From NCBI GenBank assembly GCA_963767925.1, contig CAVYGB010000008.1, positions 2,016,001 to 2,080,000 on the forward strand: 64,000 bases of DNA, given 5' to 3'. Of the stretch, positions 1 to 21,951 are shown piece by piece. The translations under genes and the position numbers were made by a program. The notes beneath the pieces are model-generated. The model did not search any database. It was not told where the DNA came from and worked only from the letters and a program-made list of their open reading frames with translations. Position 1 is the first letter of the stretch; each line of letters begins with the position of its first letter. The DNA comes from an uncultured delta proteobacterium. GTDB taxonomy: Bacteria; Myxococcota_A; Polyangia; Fen-1088.

Positions 1-23
1 GCAATTGGGTCGGTCATCGACAT
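1..23 (-). CDS. rpsH: 30S ribosomal protein S8 (5' fragment, runs off window)
   Basis: Minus strand reads MSMTDPI(A), the S8 N-terminus, right after S14. Confidence 0.85.
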
Positions 24-30
24 GGGCCAC

Positions 31-210
31 CTACCAGCTCGATTTGATCACGCCCGGGATGTCACCGCGCAACGCCAGCGACCGGAAACACAGACGGCAG
101 AGGGCGAATTTCCGGAGGAAGGCGCGCGCGCGACCACATTGCTTGCAGCGGTTCCGGTGGCGGACCCGCCACTTGGGCGGTTGCGGAAACATATCAACGG
201 TTTTTGCCAT
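31..210 (-). CDS. rpsN: 30S ribosomal protein S14, zinc-binding type
   Basis: NRCKQCGR...CRLCFR...IPGVIKSSW; 59 aa from ATG 210. Confidence 0.97.
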   Translation of the reverse strand: MAKTVDMFPQPPKWRVRHRNRCKQCGRARAFLRKFALCRLCFRSLALRGDIPGVIKSSW

Positions 211-214
211 GGCG

Positions 215-940
215 CTAATTCCTGAAGGGCATTCCCAGATGGCGCAGCAGCGCGCGCGCCTGCTCATCGGTGCGGGCGCTCGTGATGATGGTGATGTTCA
301 TGCCCTTGGGCTTTTCCACTTTGTCTACCTGCTGAATCTCCGGGAAGATGAGGCCCTCCCGGATGCCCAGGGTGTAGTTGCCTCTCCCGTCGAAGGACCG
401 CGGAGAGACACCCTTGAAGTCACGAACCCGGGGCAGCGCGAAGCTGACCAGCCGGTCGTAGAACTCCCACATCGTGTCCCGTCGGAGCGTCACCATGGCC
501 CCGATCTTCTGGCCGGCGCGCAGCTTGAACACGGCGATCGACTTCTTGGACTTGGTGACCACCGGCTGCTGCCCGGTAATCAGGGCCAGCTCGTCGACCG
601 CAGAGTCCAGGATCTTCGGGTTAGAGACCGCCTCGCCGAGACCCATGTTCACGCTGATGCTCAGCATGCGGGGGGCCTCCATCGAGTTCTTCAGCCCCAG
701 CTCCTGGATCAAACGCTGCCGGATCTCCTTGTCGTAGAGCTGCCGGAGTCGGGCAGGTGCCGGCCGCCGGAGCTTCTCCGTCGCCAGCTCCCGGGCCGCC
801 GCGGCCGCCGGTCCCTTGCCCTTGCCTTTGCCCTGAGCCCGGGCGGCCCGCTTGGCCGTCGCCTCGGCTTGCTGCTCGGCGGTCATGGCCGGTCGGCCAC
901 CTTTGGCCTCGCCTGCCTTGTCGTCTTTCTCGTCAGCCAT
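215..940 (-). CDS. rplE: 50S ribosomal protein L5 with ~60-aa N-terminal extension
   Basis: [29 protein letters not shown] motifs. Confidence 0.97.
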   Translation of the reverse strand: MADEKDDKAGEAKGGRPAMTAEQQAEATAKRAARAQGKGKGKGPAAAAARELATEKLRRPAPARLRQLYDKEIRQRLIQELGLKNSMEAPRMLSISVNMGLGEAVSNPKILDSAVDELALITGQQPVVTKSKKSIAVFKLRAGQKIGAMVTLRRDTMWEFYDRLVSFALPRVRDFKGVSPRSFDGRGNYTLGIREGLIFPEIQQVDKVEKPKGMNITIITSARTDEQARALLRHLGMPFRN

Positions 941-970
941 GACTGTGTTCCTTCAGGGAATCGCCGCGGA

Positions 971-1288
971 TCACGCCGCCTCGAAGACCGTTCCACATTT
1001 GATGCAAACTCGACGCTTGGCCTGGCCTTCCTTGACCTCGGCCCGCGCCCGCCTGGCCGCCGAACACTTCCCGCACCAGAGCGAGACGTTGGACAGCTCG
1101 ACCGAGCCTTCCTTCTCCAGGACGCCGCCCCGGGGGTTGGCCTGGGTGGGTCGGGTGTGGCGCTTGACCATGTTCACCCGTTCGATCACCACCCGGTGCT
1201 TCTTGGTCAGCAACCGCAGCACCCGGCCGCGCTTGCCCTTCTCCTTGCCGGAGATGACCACCACGCTGTCGCCCCGCCGCACGTTCAT
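971..1288 (-). CDS. rplX: 50S ribosomal protein L24
   Basis: [19 protein letters not shown] motif; ATG overlaps rplN stop. Confidence 0.97.
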   Translation of the reverse strand: MNVRRGDSVVVISGKEKGKRGRVLRLLTKKHRVVIERVNMVKRHTRPTQANPRGGVLEKEGSVELSNVSLWCGKCSAARRARAEVKEGQAKRRVCIKCGTVFEAA

Positions 1289-1656
1289 CACAGCACCTCC
1301 GGGGCCAGCGAGATGATCTTCATGAAGCGCTTGGCCCGAAGCTCGCGAGCGACCGGCCCGAAGATGCGGGTCCCGACCGGCTCGTTGTCCTTGTCCACCA
1401 GCACCGCCGAGTTGGCGTCGAAGCGGATGTAGGAGCCGTCGGCGCGCGAGACTTCTTTGCGGGTCCGCACGATGACGGCCTTCGCCACCTCGCCCTTCTT
1501 CACCTTGGCGTTGGGGATGGCTTCCTTGACCGACACCACGATGACGTCTCCAAGGGAGGCGTACTTGCGGCGCGTGCCACCGAGCACCCGGATGCACATC
1601 AGCTTCTTGGCGCCCGAGTTGTCGGCTACGTCGAGGGTTGTCGTTGTCTGGATCAT
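1288..1656 (-). CDS. rplN: 50S ribosomal protein L14
   Basis: VADNSGAK...[12 protein letters not shown]...SLAPEVL. Confidence 0.99.
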   Translation of the reverse strand: MIQTTTTLDVADNSGAKKLMCIRVLGGTRRKYASLGDVIVVSVKEAIPNAKVKKGEVAKAVIVRTRKEVSRADGSYIRFDANSAVLVDKDNEPVGTRIFGPVARELRAKRFMKIISLAPEVL

Positions 1657-1663
1657 TTCGGGC

Positions 1664-1990
1664 TCACGCTTCCTGCGGGCGTTCGAGGAGCTTGATCACC
1701 TTCCACCGCTTCTCCCGCGAGAGGGGCCGGTGCTCGACGATCACGACGCGGTCACCCGTCTTGAACTCGTTCTTCTCGTCGTGGGCCTTGTACTTCTTGC
1801 GGCCCGTCAGAAACTTTCCGTACTTGAGGTGAGAGAAGCGCCGCTCGACCAGCACGATGCGGGTCTTGTTCATCTTGTCGCTCACAACGATGCCGATGAG
1901 CTTGCGCTTGCGGGTCTTGGGCCGGCCGTCCTTGTCGAGGGCCGCCTCACCGGCGGCCGCGCCGCCTACCTGGGCCTGAGGAGCGCTCAC
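1664..1990 (-). CDS. rpsQ: 30S ribosomal protein S17
   Basis: [27 protein letters not shown]; start uncertain. Confidence 0.96.
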   Translation of the reverse strand: MSAPQAQVGGAAAGEAALDKDGRPKTRKRKLIGIVVSDKMNKTRIVLVERRFSHLKYGKFLTGRKKYKAHDEKNEFKTGDRVVIVEHRPLSREKRWKVIKLLERPQEA

Positions 1991-2220
1991 GGGGTACCTT
2001 CCTTGCCGGCGCCCTTGCTCGCCTGCCGCATCCGCTCGGCCAGGACGGTGTTCACGCGGGCGATGTCGCGCCGGGTGTTCCGGATGACCATCGTGTTCTC
2101 GAGCTGGTTGGTGGTCTTCTTCAGGCGGTGCTTGAACAGATCCTCTTCCAGCTTGCGCACCGTGCGCAGAAGCTCGGCCGGGTCATTGCCCCGGATGTCC
2201 TTGGCTCTCAGGCCCTTCAT
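1987..2220 (-). CDS. rpmC: 50S ribosomal protein L29
   Basis: [25 protein letters not shown]; position in S10 operon. Confidence 0.95.
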   Translation of the reverse strand: MKGLRAKDIRGNDPAELLRTVRKLEEDLFKHRLKKTTNQLENTMVIRNTRRDIARVNTVLAERMRQASKGAGKEGTP

Positions 2221-2633
2221 ATGAGCTGCTCCCGTTTGATGACTCGTGTCTGCACGGAGAGCTTGTGCTCGGCCAGGTGGAACGCCTCCCGGGCCAGCTC
2301 TTCCGTGACGCCTTCGAGCTCGTACATCACCCGGCCGGGGCGCACGACGGCGACCCACTCCTCCGGGCTCCCCTTGCCGGTACCCATCCGGGTCTCGGCC
2401 GGCTTCTTGGTCAGCGACTTGTCGGGGAAGATGCGGATGTACAGCTTTCCGGCCCGCTTGATCTTTCTCGAGATGGCGACGCGGGCGGCCTCGATCTGCC
2501 GAGCGGTCACGAAGCCACAGGACAGCGACTGCAGCCCGAAATCGCCGAAGTCGACGACGGTGGCTCCCTTGGAGATACCGCGCATCTTCCCCTTCTGGGA
2601 TTTGCGCCACTTGACTTTCTTCGGTGCGAGCAT
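2217..2633 (-). CDS. rplP: 50S ribosomal protein L16
   Basis: [21 protein letters not shown]. Confidence 0.99.
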   Translation of the reverse strand: MLAPKKVKWRKSQKGKMRGISKGATVVDFGDFGLQSLSCGFVTARQIEAARVAISRKIKRAGKLYIRIFPDKSLTKKPAETRMGTGKGSPEEWVAVVRPGRVMYELEGVTEELAREAFHLAEHKLSVQTRVIKREQLI

Positions 2634-2648
2634 CGTTCAGTTCCTCAC

Positions 2649-3296
2649 TCAGGCGAGCCGAGCGGTCCGCTGGGGCAGCACTTCGCCCTTGAAGATCCAG
2701 CACTTCACGCCGATGGCGCCGTAGGTGGTGTGGGCCTCAGTCGTCCCGTATTCGATGTCCGCCCGCAGCGTGTGCAGTGGCACCCGCCCCTCGCGGTACC
2801 ACTCGTAACGGGCCATCTCCGCGCCGCCGAGCCGACCCGAACAGGCCAGTCGGATCCCCTTGGCTCCGAACTTCATGGCGGTCTGGACCGCCTTCTTCAT
2901 GGCCCGCCGGAAAGCTACCCGCCGCTCGAGCTGCGTCGCCACGCTCTCGGCCACGAGCTGGGCGTTGGTCTCGGCCTTGCGGACCTCCTGGATGTTGAGG
3001 AACACCTCGTTGGACGTCAGCGACTGGACGTCCTTCTTGAGGGTCTCGACGCCCGCGCCCCGCTTGCCGATGACGATGCCCGGCCGGGCGGTGTAGATGT
3101 TGATCTTCACCTTGTTGGCCGCCCGCTCGACCTCGACCGAGGCCACGCCGGCGTGACCAAGCTTCAGCTTGACGAACTTCTTGAGGCGCAGGTCCTCGTG
3201 GAGCCACTTGGCGAACTCCTTTTCGGAGTACCACTTGGAGGTCCAGCCCCGAACGACGCCGAGACGAAAACCGATCGGATGTGTTTTTTGTCCCAT
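2649..3296 (-). CDS. rpsC: 30S ribosomal protein S3
   Basis: [25 protein letters not shown]. Confidence 0.99.
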   Translation of the reverse strand: MGQKTHPIGFRLGVVRGWTSKWYSEKEFAKWLHEDLRLKKFVKLKLGHAGVASVEVERAANKVKINIYTARPGIVIGKRGAGVETLKKDVQSLTSNEVFLNIQEVRKAETNAQLVAESVATQLERRVAFRRAMKKAVQTAMKFGAKGIRLACSGRLGGAEMARYEWYREGRVPLHTLRADIEYGTTEAHTTYGAIGVKCWIFKGEVLPQRTARLA

Positions 3297-3304
3297 GGGG
3301 CTCC

Positions 3305-3637
3305 CTACTCCTTCTCGTCCACGACGACGGTCACGTGGGAGGTCCGCCGATGGATGCGGTTGGCCCGGCCCATCGAGCGCGGCAACCAGCGCTTCTGCAT
3401 GGTCCCGCCGTTGACCTCCACCCTCGTGACGACCAGCTTGTCGGCGTCGGCCTCGTCGTTTTCGGTGGCGTTGGCCACCGCCGAGTTGAGCACCTTGGTC
3501 AACATGCGGGCCGCCTTGCGGGGCTGAAAGCGCAGGACCGACAGGGCGTCCTCCACCTTCTTGCCGCGAATCATTTCCGCCACCATCCGCACCCGGCGGG
3601 GCGACTCGCGAAATCCTCTCAGCAGTGCGTGTGCCAT
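3305..3637 (-). CDS. rplV: 50S ribosomal protein L22
   Basis: [25 protein letters not shown]. Confidence 0.98.
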   Translation of the reverse strand: MAHALLRGFRESPRRVRMVAEMIRGKKVEDALSVLRFQPRKAARMLTKVLNSAVANATENDEADADKLVVTRVEVNGGTMQKRWLPRSMGRANRIHRRTSHVTVVVDEKE

Positions 3638-3656
3638 CTCGAATTCCTTCGCCCGA

Positions 3657-3938
3657 TCACTTCTTGTCGGATGACTTGCGATCGCCCGAGTGGGCGATGA
3701 AGGTCCGGGTGGGGGAAAACTCGCCGAGCTTGTGCCCGACCATGTTCTCGGTGACGAAGACCGGCAGGAACTTCCGCCCGTTGTGAACCGAGAAGGTGAG
3801 ACCCACCATCTCCGGGATCACGGTCGAGCGGCGCGACCAGGTCTTGATGATCTTCTTGGACTTCTGCCGCTGCATGTCCACCACCTTGGCCATCAGGTGG
3901 GTGTCCACGAACGGGCCTTTCTTGATTGAACGAGCCAT
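3657..3938 (-). CDS. rpsS: 30S ribosomal protein S19
   Basis: [23 protein letters not shown]. Confidence 0.99.
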   Translation of the reverse strand: MARSIKKGPFVDTHLMAKVVDMQRQKSKKIIKTWSRRSTVIPEMVGLTFSVHNGRKFLPVFVTENMVGHKLGEFSPTRTFIAHSGDRKSSDKK

Positions 3939-3941
3939 GAC

Positions 3942-4775
3942 TTAGACCTTCTGTCCTCGGCGCTTGATGATCATGGGATCGGTCCGCTTGTTCTCCCGGG
4001 TCTTCAGCCCCTTGGCGAGCTGACCCCAGGGCGAGCAGGGGTGCCGGCCACCGGACGAGCGACCTTCGCCGCCGCCCATGGGATGGTCGATGGGGTTCAT
4101 CGTCACGCCGCGGTTGTGCGGCCGCCAGCCGCGCCAGCGGGTGCGCCCCGCCTTGCCCACGTGGGTGCCGCTGTGCTCGGCATTTCCTACCTGACCCACG
4201 GTAGCCCGGCAGTCCAGATGCACGCGCCGGACCTCGCCCGAGGGGAGCCGGAGCTGACCCCAGTCCCCTTCCTTGGCCATGATCTGGGCGCCGCTGCCGG
4301 CCGAGCGGACGAGCTGGGCTCCGCCGCTGATCTTGAGCTCGATGTTGTGAACCGTCGTGCCCAGGGGGATGAACCGGATGGGCAGGCTGTTACCGGGCTT
4401 GATGTCGGCGTTACGCGAAGAGATGACGGCGTCGCCGATATTCAGCCCCACCGGGCAGAGGATGTATCGCTTCTCTCCGTCGGCGTAGGTGAGCAGGGCG
4501 ATGCGGGCGCTGCGGTTCGGATCGTATTCGATGCTGACCACCTTGGCCGGCACCCCGATCTTGTTCCGCTTGAAGTCGATGATGCGCAGGCGCCGTTTGT
4601 GCCCACCCCCGCGGAAGCGGGAGGTGATGCGGCCGTTGTTGTTCCGGCCTCCGCTGGAGGGTCGCGGCTCGAGCAGCGACTTCAGCGGCCGGGCGCCCTT
4701 CGTCAGATCGGAGAAATCCGGAGCGATGCGGCCGCGCTGGCCCGGGCTGGTCGGATTCGGCGTACGAAGGCCCAT
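3942..4775 (-). CDS. rplB: 50S ribosomal protein L2
   Basis: [30 protein letters not shown]. Confidence 0.99.
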   Translation of the reverse strand: MGLRTPNPTSPGQRGRIAPDFSDLTKGARPLKSLLEPRPSSGGRNNNGRITSRFRGGGHKRRLRIIDFKRNKIGVPAKVVSIEYDPNRSARIALLTYADGEKRYILCPVGLNIGDAVISSRNADIKPGNSLPIRFIPLGTTVHNIELKISGGAQLVRSAGSGAQIMAKEGDWGQLRLPSGEVRRVHLDCRATVGQVGNAEHSGTHVGKAGRTRWRGWRPHNRGVTMNPIDHPMGGGEGRSSGGRHPCSPWGQLAKGLKTRENKRTDPMIIKRRGQKV

Positions 4776-4778
4776 GGT

Positions 4779-5120
4779 CTAGGCTCCCCCCTCGAAGAAA
4801 TCGATGTTTTGGCCGGCAGCCAGGGTGACGATCGCCTTCTTCCAGTTCGACCTTCGACCCACGAACCGGCCCAGGCGCTTCTCCTTGCCCCGCACGATGG
4901 TGGTCCGCACCTTCACCACGTCCACCTTCCAGAGCTTCTGGACGGCGTTGCGGATCTCGATCTTGTTGGCGTCGTCCGCCACCTCGAAGGCCACCTGCGG
5001 CGACAGCGACTCGGCATCACCCTCGTCGACCTCGTCAGCGGGCTTGCCGCCGGTCTCCTTGAGGCGCGTACCCTTCTCGGTCAGCAAGGGCCGTTTGATG
5101 ATCTTTTCGGGGGAGCGCAT
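4779..5120 (-). CDS. rplW: 50S ribosomal protein L23 (acidic insertion)
   Basis: [22 protein letters not shown]. Confidence 0.97.
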   Translation of the reverse strand: MRSPEKIIKRPLLTEKGTRLKETGGKPADEVDEGDAESLSPQVAFEVADDANKIEIRNAVQKLWKVDVVKVRTTIVRGKEKRLGRFVGRRSNWKKAIVTLAAGQNIDFFEGGA

Positions 5121-5130
5121 GGCTGTCCTT

Positions 5131-5784
5131 TCAGTCCGCCTTGGCCGGTTCGGTCTTCTCGGCGGCGCCGAGGATGCGGCTCTCGACCGCCTTCACTGCT
5201 TCCTTGCTGATCACCAGCGTCGGATAGTTAAGGATGTCGTAGACGTTGAGTCCCTCGGGCGCCAGGTACTTGGTGGTGCTGAGGTTCCGTAACGACTTGG
5301 TCAAGGTGCCGTTGTCCCGACGGTCGATCACGAGGGCGGAGGTGATCCCCAGGGCCTTGAGCACGCTGAGGGCCTTCTTGGTCTTGGGAGCGTCGAAGGC
5401 GAACTCCGACACGATGACCACCTTGTTCTCCTTGGCGCGCAGGGAGAGCGCCGAGGCCAGGGCGGCCCGCCGGACCTTCTTGGGGACCGTGTATTCGTAG
5501 TCCCGCGGGTGGGGCCCGAACACCTTGCCGCCGCCCACGAACTGGGGAGACCGGCTGGAACCCTGCCGGGCGTTGCCGGTCCCCTTCTGGCGGTACGGCT
5601 TCTTGCCACCGCCCCGCACGAACTCGCGGGTCTTGGTGGCGTGCGTTCCGGCCCGGCGCGCCGCGCGCTGGGCCTTGACGATCTCCCAGAAGAGGTACTC
5701 CTTGACCGGCGCCGCAAACACGGCATCGGCCACCTCGAGTGCCCCTACCTTCTTTCCTTCGATGTCCACGACGTCGAGTTGCAT
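5131..5784 (-). CDS. rplD: 50S ribosomal protein L4
   Basis: [19 protein letters not shown]. Confidence 0.98.
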   Translation of the reverse strand: MQLDVVDIEGKKVGALEVADAVFAAPVKEYLFWEIVKAQRAARRAGTHATKTREFVRGGGKKPYRQKGTGNARQGSSRSPQFVGGGKVFGPHPRDYEYTVPKKVRRAALASALSLRAKENKVVIVSEFAFDAPKTKKALSVLKALGITSALVIDRRDNGTLTKSLRNLSTTKYLAPEGLNVYDILNYPTLVISKEAVKAVESRILGAAEKTEPAKAD

Positions 5785-5792
5785 GGTCCGTC

Positions 5793-6098
5793 TCAGGTCT
5801 TGATCTCTACGTCCACGCCGGCAGACAGGTCGAGCTTCATGAGGGCGTCGAGCGTCTGCTGAGTCGGGTCGAGAATGTCGAGCAGGCGTTTGTGCGTGCG
5901 AATCTCGAACTGCTCACGCGACTTCTTGTCGACGTGAGGCGAACGGAGCACGCAGTACTTGTTGATCTTGGTGGGCAGCGGAATGGGACCGGCCACCTTG
6001 GCTCCCGTGCGCCGGGCGGTGTCGACGATCTCGCCCGCCGACTGATCGAGCAGCCGGTGGTCGTAGGCCTTCAGGCGAATTCTTATCTTCGGGGTCAT
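5793..6098 (-). CDS. rpsJ: 30S ribosomal protein S10
   Basis: [23 protein letters not shown]. Confidence 0.99.
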   Translation of the reverse strand: MTPKIRIRLKAYDHRLLDQSAGEIVDTARRTGAKVAGPIPLPTKINKYCVLRSPHVDKKSREQFEIRTHKRLLDILDPTQQTLDALMKLDLSAGVDVEIKT

Positions 6099-6105
6099 GG
6101 GTGCC

Positions 6106-7302
<1,197 letters not shown>

Positions 7303-7317
7303 GATTCGTCCTCCAAA

Positions 7318-9402
7318 CTAGGCACCGCGAACCCGGTTCACGATCGCATCGCTCACCTGGGCGGGTACCGGAGCGTACCGAAGGAACTGCATCGTGAACG
7401 TCGCCCGTCCCTGCGTCAAGGAACGAACGTCGGTTGAATACCCGAACATCGTCGCGAGTGGAACCTCTGCCGCCACCGCCTGCGCATCTCCCCGGCCCTC
7501 GAGACCCAGGATCCGACCCCGCCGCGCCGAGAGGTTCCCGACGATGGCGCCGGTGAATGGCTCGGGCGCCACCACCTCGAGGCTCATGATCGGCTCGACG
7601 ATCACCGGCTGGCCCTTGCGGAGCGCCGCGGCGGCCGTCTGAGACGCCGCGATCTGGAAAGCAGCCTCATTCGAGTCGACGGGATGGACCGTCGCGGCCA
7701 GCAGCGTGACCTTCGTGTCGATCATCGGATAGCCGGCCAGCGGCCCTCGCCCCAGCGAGGCGCGCGCGCCCCGCTCGACGGCGCCGACGAGCTCCTTGGC
7801 CAGGGCCCCCGCCGCCATGGCGTTTTCGAACAAGATGCCTCGGCCCGGCTCTTCCGGGTCGAGCCGCAGGCCGACGTGGGCGAACTGGCCCCGGCCCAGC
7901 GCCTCCTGCACGAAGGTCTCCTCGTGCTGGGCGGTCCGGGTGATCGCCTCCCGATAGGCCACCTGGGGTCGGCCCACCCGGGCCGCCACCTTGAACTCGC
8001 GCACCAGGCGGTCGACGATGATCTCGAGGTGCAGCTCGCCCATTCCCGACAGCAGCGTCTGGCCGGTCTCCGGGTCGGTCGACACCCGGAAGGAAGGATC
8101 TTCGGCGGCCAGCTTGTCGAGGGCGCCCATCAGCTCCTGCTCGGCGGCCTGGGTCTTCGGCTCGATCACCACCGACATTGCCGGCGGGGGAAATTCGATG
8201 ACGTCGAGGACCACCGGCCGAGCCGGATCGCACAGGGTGTCGCCCGTGGTCGAGACCCGCAGGCCCACCGCGGCTGCGATGTTCCCCGAGGAGACGGAGC
8301 GGACGTCTTCCTTCTTGTTGGCGTGCATCTGCAGCAAGCGCCCGATGCGCTCCCGCTTGCCCTTCGTCGCGTTGTAGACCGTCGACCCGTTCTCGACCCG
8401 CCCGGAATAGACCCGCAGGTAGGTCAGCGGACCGACGTAGGCGTCGTTCATGATCTTGAAAGCCAGGGCGGCGAAGGGCTCCTGCTCGGAGGGGCGGATC
8501 GTCACCCGAGCGCCGTCCGGGAGGTGCCCAATCACGGGCGGCAGATCTTCGGGCGAGGGCAGGTATTCGACGACGGCGTCGAGCAGCGGCTGAACGCCTT
8601 TGTTCTTGAAAGCCGCTCCGTAGAGAACGGGCACCGCTCGCCCGGCGATGGTGGCGCGCCGCAGACCGGCCCTCAGGCGAGGCTCCGAGACTTCGGCGCC
8701 TTCCACGAAGAGGGCCAGGATCTCCTCGTCCACCTCGGCCACCAGCTCGATCATCCTCTGGCGGGCCGCCTTGGCCTCGGCCAGTTGCTCGGCCGGGATC
8801 TCACCTTCCAGGAACATCGCACCAGTCAGGTCGCTCACCCACTCGAGCTTGCGCATGCGGACCAGATCGATCACGCCGGCGAAGTCGTTCTCGAGCCCGA
8901 CCGGGAGCTGGATCGGGACCGGGTGGGCCCGCAGCCGCGTCCGGATCTGCTCGATGCAGGTCTGGGGGTCAGCCCCAACCCGGTCGCACTTGTTGATGAA
9001 GGCGAGCCGGGGCACGTGGTACTTGTCGGCCTGCCGCCAGACCGTCTCGGACTGGGGCTCAACTCCACCGACGGCACAGAAGACCGCCACGGCGCCGTCC
9101 AGGATCCGGAGGCTGCGCTCGACCTCCACCGTGAAGTCGACGTGCCCAGGGGTGTCGATGATGTTCACCCGATGGTCGCGCCAGAAGCAGGTGGTGGCCG
9201 CGGACGTGATGGTGATGCCGCGCTCCTGCTCCTGCTGCATCCAGTCCATCACCGCGGTCCCGTCGTCTACCTCACCCATTCGGTGGGAGACCCCGGTGTA
9301 GAACAGAATGCGCTCAGTGGTCGTGGTCTTGCCCGCATCGATATGCGCCATGATCCCGATGTTTCGGGTCTTATCGATTGGGACTTGGCGAACCACGACC
9401 AC
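7318..9402 (-). CDS. fusA: Elongation factor G (divergent C-terminal domains)
   Basis: [30 protein letters not shown]; between rpsG and tuf. Confidence 0.96.
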   Translation of the reverse strand: MVVVRQVPIDKTRNIGIMAHIDAGKTTTTERILFYTGVSHRMGEVDDGTAVMDWMQQEQERGITITSAATTCFWRDHRVNIIDTPGHVDFTVEVERSLRILDGAVAVFCAVGGVEPQSETVWRQADKYHVPRLAFINKCDRVGADPQTCIEQIRTRLRAHPVPIQLPVGLENDFAGVIDLVRMRKLEWVSDLTGAMFLEGEIPAEQLAEAKAARQRMIELVAEVDEEILALFVEGAEVSEPRLRAGLRRATIAGRAVPVLYGAAFKNKGVQPLLDAVVEYLPSPEDLPPVIGHLPDGARVTIRPSEQEPFAALAFKIMNDAYVGPLTYLRVYSGRVENGSTVYNATKGKRERIGRLLQMHANKKEDVRSVSSGNIAAAVGLRVSTTGDTLCDPARPVVLDVIEFPPPAMSVVIEPKTQAAEQELMGALDKLAAEDPSFRVSTDPETGQTLLSGMGELHLEIIVDRLVREFKVAARVGRPQVAYREAITRTAQHEETFVQEALGRGQFAHVGLRLDPEEPGRGILFENAMAAGALAKELVGAVERGARASLGRGPLAGYPMIDTKVTLLAATVHPVDSNEAAFQIAASQTAAAALRKGQPVIVEPIMSLEVVAPEPFTGAIVGNLSARRGRILGLEGRGDAQAVAAEVPLATMFGYSTDVRSLTQGRATFTMQFLRYAPVPAQVSDAIVNRVRGA

Positions 9403-9535
9403 TTATCTCCCTCGGCGCGCACACAGCGGGGCTCACCCGAGCACCTCCGTGAGGTCCGCCGACCTTACGTTGAGAAAACGACTGCGAAAGCTTGTTGCTG
9501 CTGACCGGCTGTCGAAAGACTCCTGCTGGTTTCAG

Positions 9536-10027
9536 CTACCAGCGATAGTGAGCGAAGGCCTTGTTGGCTTCGGCCATCTTGTGGGTGTCTTCCCGCTTCT
9601 TGACGGCGGCACCACGATTGGACGAAGCATCGAGCAACTCGGAAGCCAGCTTCTCCCGCATGGTCCGTCCATCCGAGCGGTCGCGAGCGGCGTGGATCAG
9701 CCAGCGCATACCCAGGGTCAGGGCGCGCTCGGGCCGCACGTCCACCGGAACCTGGTAGGTGGCGCCGCCCACGCGGCGGGACTTCACCTCGAGCTTGGGC
9801 TGGACGTTGACCAGAGCGCGGTCCCACACCTTCACGGGGTCGTCCTTGGCCTTCTCCGCGACGATGTCGAGGGCGCCGTAGACGATCCGCTCGGCGACCG
9901 ACTTTTTACCCGAGTCCATTACCGTGTTGACGAATTTCGTCAGACGACGGCGCGTGTCCAGCATCTGATCCGTGAACTTCGGATCCGGCAGCAGCTTGCG
10001 TTTGGGTACTTCGCCTTTACGGGGCAT
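9536..10027 (-). CDS. rpsG: 30S ribosomal protein S7
   Basis: [25 protein letters not shown]. Confidence 0.99.
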   Translation of the reverse strand: MPRKGEVPKRKLLPDPKFTDQMLDTRRRLTKFVNTVMDSGKKSVAERIVYGALDIVAEKAKDDPVKVWDRALVNVQPKLEVKSRRVGGATYQVPVDVRPERALTLGMRWLIHAARDRSDGRTMREKLASELLDASSNRGAAVKKREDTHKMAEANKAFAHYRW

Positions 10028-10077
10028 GGATCCCTGGTCCTCGTTCGGTCATGGGTGGCGACACTCTCACTCGGGCG

Positions 10078-10449
10078 TTACTTCGGCCGCTTGGCGCCGT
10101 ACTTCGAGCGCCCCTGGCGACGGTTGGCCACGCCCTGGGTATCCAGGCTACCCCGGATGATGTGGTAACGAACCCCCGGAAGGTCCTTCACACGTCCCCC
10201 GCGGATCAGCACCACGGAGTGCTCCTGGAGGTTGTGACCTTCGCCCGGGATGTAGGTCGTGACCTCCATGTGATTGGTCAAGCGGACGCGCGCCACCTTG
10301 CGAAGGGCCGAGTTCGGCTTCTTGGGGGTGGTCGTGTAGACGCGCACGCAGACGCCGCGGCGCTGGGGACACGCCATCAGGGCCGGTGAAGCCGTCTTGC
10401 GGCCCACGAGTCGGCGGCCCTGTCGGACGAGCTGATTGATGGTTGGCAT
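10078..10449 (-). CDS. rpsL: 30S ribosomal protein S12
   Basis: [20 protein letters not shown]. Confidence 0.99.
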   Translation of the reverse strand: MPTINQLVRQGRRLVGRKTASPALMACPQRRGVCVRVYTTTPKKPNSALRKVARVRLTNHMEVTTYIPGEGHNLQEHSVVLIRGGRVKDLPGVRYHIIRGSLDTQGVANRRQGRSKYGAKRPK

Positions 10450-10530
10450 TCGCTTGTGTGACCTCTGCGGGAGGGGCGGATTATAGGGATGACGATCGCG
10501 AAGTCAATGGGATCGCGAGGGAAAACGCCG

Positions 10531-14733
<4,203 letters not shown>

Positions 14734-14806
14734 TGTCATTGTCGATCGCTCCGTCGCAAAACCTTCAAATTCACCCGGCCGTCGCCGACCTCTGCTCTCG
14801 CTCGCT

Positions 14807-19021
<4,215 letters not shown>

Positions 19022-19179
19022 TTGATCTATCCCCTGGTCGAAAAACTCAAAGGTCCAATGACAGTTCTCGGCCCTAAGGCCGTTTGGCCCTGCCGAGATC
19101 TGCCAATTAGAAAGTACTTACACCCGACGATTTGACGAACCCTGCCAGCTACAACGAGCCTCGTGACGAGCCCCGGCCC

Positions 19180-19563
19180 CTACTTGACTTCGACCTTCGC
19201 CCCCGCCTCTTCCAGCTTCTTGCTCATCGTCTCGGCGTCGGCCTTCGACACGCCCTCTTTGACGACCTTGGGGGCGCCGTCGACCAGGTCCTTGGCCTCT
19301 TTCAGGCCGAGGTTGGTCACCTCGCGCACGGCCTTGATGACGCCGATCTTGTTCCCGCCGGCGTCCTTGAGGGTGACGGTGAACTCGGTCTGCTCGGCCG
19401 CGGGCGCCGCTGCTGCGGCCGCCGGGGCTCCGGCCGCGGCCACTGCCACGGGAGCCGCCTTGACGCCCCACTTGTCCTCGAGCTCCTTGGTCAGCGCCGC
19501 GAGATCGAGCACCGTCATCTTGGAGAGAAAATCAACAACCTGTTCCTTGGTCACATCGGCCAT
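19180..19563 (-). CDS. rplL: 50S ribosomal protein L7/L12
   Basis: MADVTKEQ...[10 protein letters not shown]...[11 protein letters not shown]. Confidence 0.97.
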   Translation of the reverse strand: MADVTKEQVVDFLSKMTVLDLAALTKELEDKWGVKAAPVAVAAAGAPAAAAAAPAAEQTEFTVTLKDAGGNKIGVIKAVREVTNLGLKEAKDLVDGAPKVVKEGVSKADAETMSKKLEEAGAKVEVK

Positions 19564-19643
19564 GTTCGAAAACTCCTTTACGGTCTTCTCTTGATGTTGA
19601 AACTGAACGCTCCCTGCCCCGGCCTCGTTTGCTCCTCCCGCGA

Positions 19644-20178
19644 CTACTCGGCGGCCGCCACCCTCCTTGAGCTTTTCCTCCTGAGCGGCCAGCAGGTACA
19701 CGAAGTTCTGCGGAGCTGCGTTGAGCAGCGCCAGGAAGTTCTGGGGAACGGCATTGAAGGTCGCAAGCAACATGGCCCGCAGCTCGTCTCGGCCTGGCAG
19801 AGTGGAGAGCGCCTCCACGCCCTTCTTGTCGAGGGCGCGCCCCTCGACGTAGCCGCCCTTGACGACGAACTTGTCGTTCTCCTTGGCGACCTTGGTGGCG
19901 ATCTTGGCAGGGACCGCCGGGTCTTCGAACGAGTAGGCGATGGCGGTGGGGCCGGCCATCAGGTCGTTGAGGAGCTCCATCGAGGTCCCCTTGACCGCCA
20001 GTCCGAGCAGGGTGTTCTTGACGACCCGGTATTCACAGCCGCTGGCCCGGAATTCGTTGCGCAGCTTGGTATCGGCGTCCACGGTCAGCCCACGGAAGTC
20101 GACCAGCACCAGGCTCTGGGCCCGGGCGAGCTTCTCCTTCAGGGTCGTGACAGCGGCAGCTTTTTCATGACGTTCCAC
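19644..20178 (-). CDS. rplJ: 50S ribosomal protein L10 (probable +1 error near 3' end joins it to rplL in the ORF track)
   Basis: DFRGLTV, VVKNTL, GPTAIAY; removing one G gives ...KEVAAAE-TAG at 19644. Confidence 0.93.
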
Positions 20179-20198
20179 GGGTCATTCTCCTCGCGCGA

Positions 20199-20913
20199 TC
20201 AGCGGGCCTCGAGATCAGACAACAATGGCGTGGGGTCGACTTTTATTCCCGGCCCCATCGTGGTCGAGAGCGTGACCGACCGGACGTAGACCCCCTTGGC
20301 GGAGGCGGGCTTGAGCTTGATGATCGTCTCCAGGAAGGCCTTGGCGTTCTCGTGGAGCTTGTCCCCGCCGAACGAGGCCTTTCCCACCCGGGCGTGGACG
20401 ATGCCGGCCTTCTCGACCCGGAACTCCACGCGGCCGGCCTTCAGCTCCCGAACCGCCTTGGCCACGTCGTTGGTGACGGTGCCCATCTTGGGGTTGGGCA
20501 TGAGCCCCTTGGGCCCCAGCACCCGGCCCAGCCGGCCGACCAGACCCATCATGTCCGGGGTCGCCACCATCGAGTCGAAGTCGGTCCAGCTTTCCTTCTG
20601 GATCCGGTCGGCGATGTCCTCGGCGCCCACGAAGTCTGCCCCGGCATCCTTCGCTTCCCGGGCCTTGTCACCCTTGGCGATCACGCAGACGCGCAGTGTC
20701 TTTCCGGTCCCGTGGGGCAGGACGACTGCCCCGCGGACCATCTGATCGGCGTGTTTGGGATCCACCCCCAGGCGCACGGCGATGTCGACGCTCTCGTCGA
20801 AGGTCGCGACCTTGGTATCGGGGACCAGACGGCAGGCGTCCTCGAGCGGGATAACGCCGGGTGCGGTCGACCTTGGCGGCTGACTTGCGAAACTTTTTTC
20901 CTGCTTGCGGCAT
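20199..20913 (-). CDS. rplA: 50S ribosomal protein L1 (apparent +1 frameshift ~20849)
   Basis: [36 protein letters not shown]. Confidence 0.96.
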
Positions 20914-20946
20914 GGCTTCTACGCTTCGGTTGGCTGAGGGAGGGGG

Positions 20947-21393
20947 CTAGTCGACGACCTCGACCCCCATCGACTTGGCCGTCCCCGCGATGGTGCGCAT
21001 GGCCGACTCGACGTTGGTCGTGTTCAGATCGGGCAACTTGAGCTGCGCGATGTCGCGGAGCTGCTTCTGGGTGATCTTGCCCACCTTGACCTTGTTCGGC
21101 TCCTTCGAGCCGGACCCGGGCTTCTTGGCGGTGGCCAGACCGAGGGTCTTCTTGATCAACACGGCCGCCGGCGGCGTCTTGGTGATGAAGCTGAAGGACC
21201 GGTCCGAATAGACCGTGATGACCACGGGGATGGTCATCTCGTCCTTGGCCTGCGCCTGGGTGCGGGCGTTGAACTGCTTGCAAAACTCCATGATGTTCAC
21301 GCCGTGCTGGCCGAGCGCCGGGCCGATGGGCGGCGCCGGGTTGGCCTTGGCGGCGGGGATCTGGAGCTTGATGTATCCGGTGACCTTCTTCAT
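20947..21393 (-). CDS. rplK: 50S ribosomal protein L11
   Basis: [21 protein letters not shown]. Confidence 0.99.
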   Translation of the reverse strand: MKKVTGYIKLQIPAAKANPAPPIGPALGQHGVNIMEFCKQFNARTQAQAKDEMTIPVVITVYSDRSFSFITKTPPAAVLIKKTLGLATAKKPGSGSKEPNKVKVGKITQKQLRDIAQLKLPDLNTTNVESAMRTIAGTAKSMGVEVVD

Positions 21394-21403
21394 CTGATGC
21401 CTT

Positions 21404-21931
21404 CTACGCTTTTTCGACCTGGGCGAAGTCCAGCTCGACCGGCGTGGCGCGCCCGAAAATGGACAGATTCACCCGGAGCTTCTGCTTCTCGGGTTTGACC
21501 TCCACGACCACGCCCGCAAAATTTGCGAACGGCCCCTCCGTCACCCGGACGGTGTCGCCCTCGCCGTAGGAGATGCGAGGCTTGGAGCGGCTGGTCCCCT
21601 CGCTGATCGCCGTGTTGATGGTCTGGATCTCGGTCTCCTTGATGGGCTGGGGGTTCATGCCCCCGAGGAAACCGGTGATCTTGGGCGTGTTCTTGACCAG
21701 GTGGAAGGTCTCCTGATCGAGATCCATCTGGACGAACATGTACCCCGGGAAAAATTTGCGCCGGGTCGACCGCTTCTGGCCCTTGACCAGCTCGACAACG
21801 GTGTCGGTCGGGATCAAGACCTCCCCGAACTTCTCGATCAGTCCCGCCTGACGCACGCGATCCAGCAGCGATAGCCGCGCCTTGTTCTCGTGTCCAGAAT
21901 AGGTATGCACGACGTACCATTTCATCGCCAT
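21404..21931 (-). CDS. nusG: Transcription termination/antitermination factor NusG
   Basis: [30 protein letters not shown]. Confidence 0.98.
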   Translation of the reverse strand: MAMKWYVVHTYSGHENKARLSLLDRVRQAGLIEKFGEVLIPTDTVVELVKGQKRSTRRKFFPGYMFVQMDLDQETFHLVKNTPKITGFLGGMNPQPIKETEIQTINTAISEGTSRSKPRISYGEGDTVRVTEGPFANFAGVVVEVKPEKQKLRVNLSIFGRATPVELDFAQVEKA

Positions 21932-21951
21932 CGGATGAACCGCCCCGTCCG

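Noticed and set aside
19180..20178. Apparent L10-L7/L12 fusion protein
   Set aside because: Removing one G restores a normal L10 stop at 19644; rplL has its own AAGGAG SD and ATG; the site lies in the frameshift-rich segment
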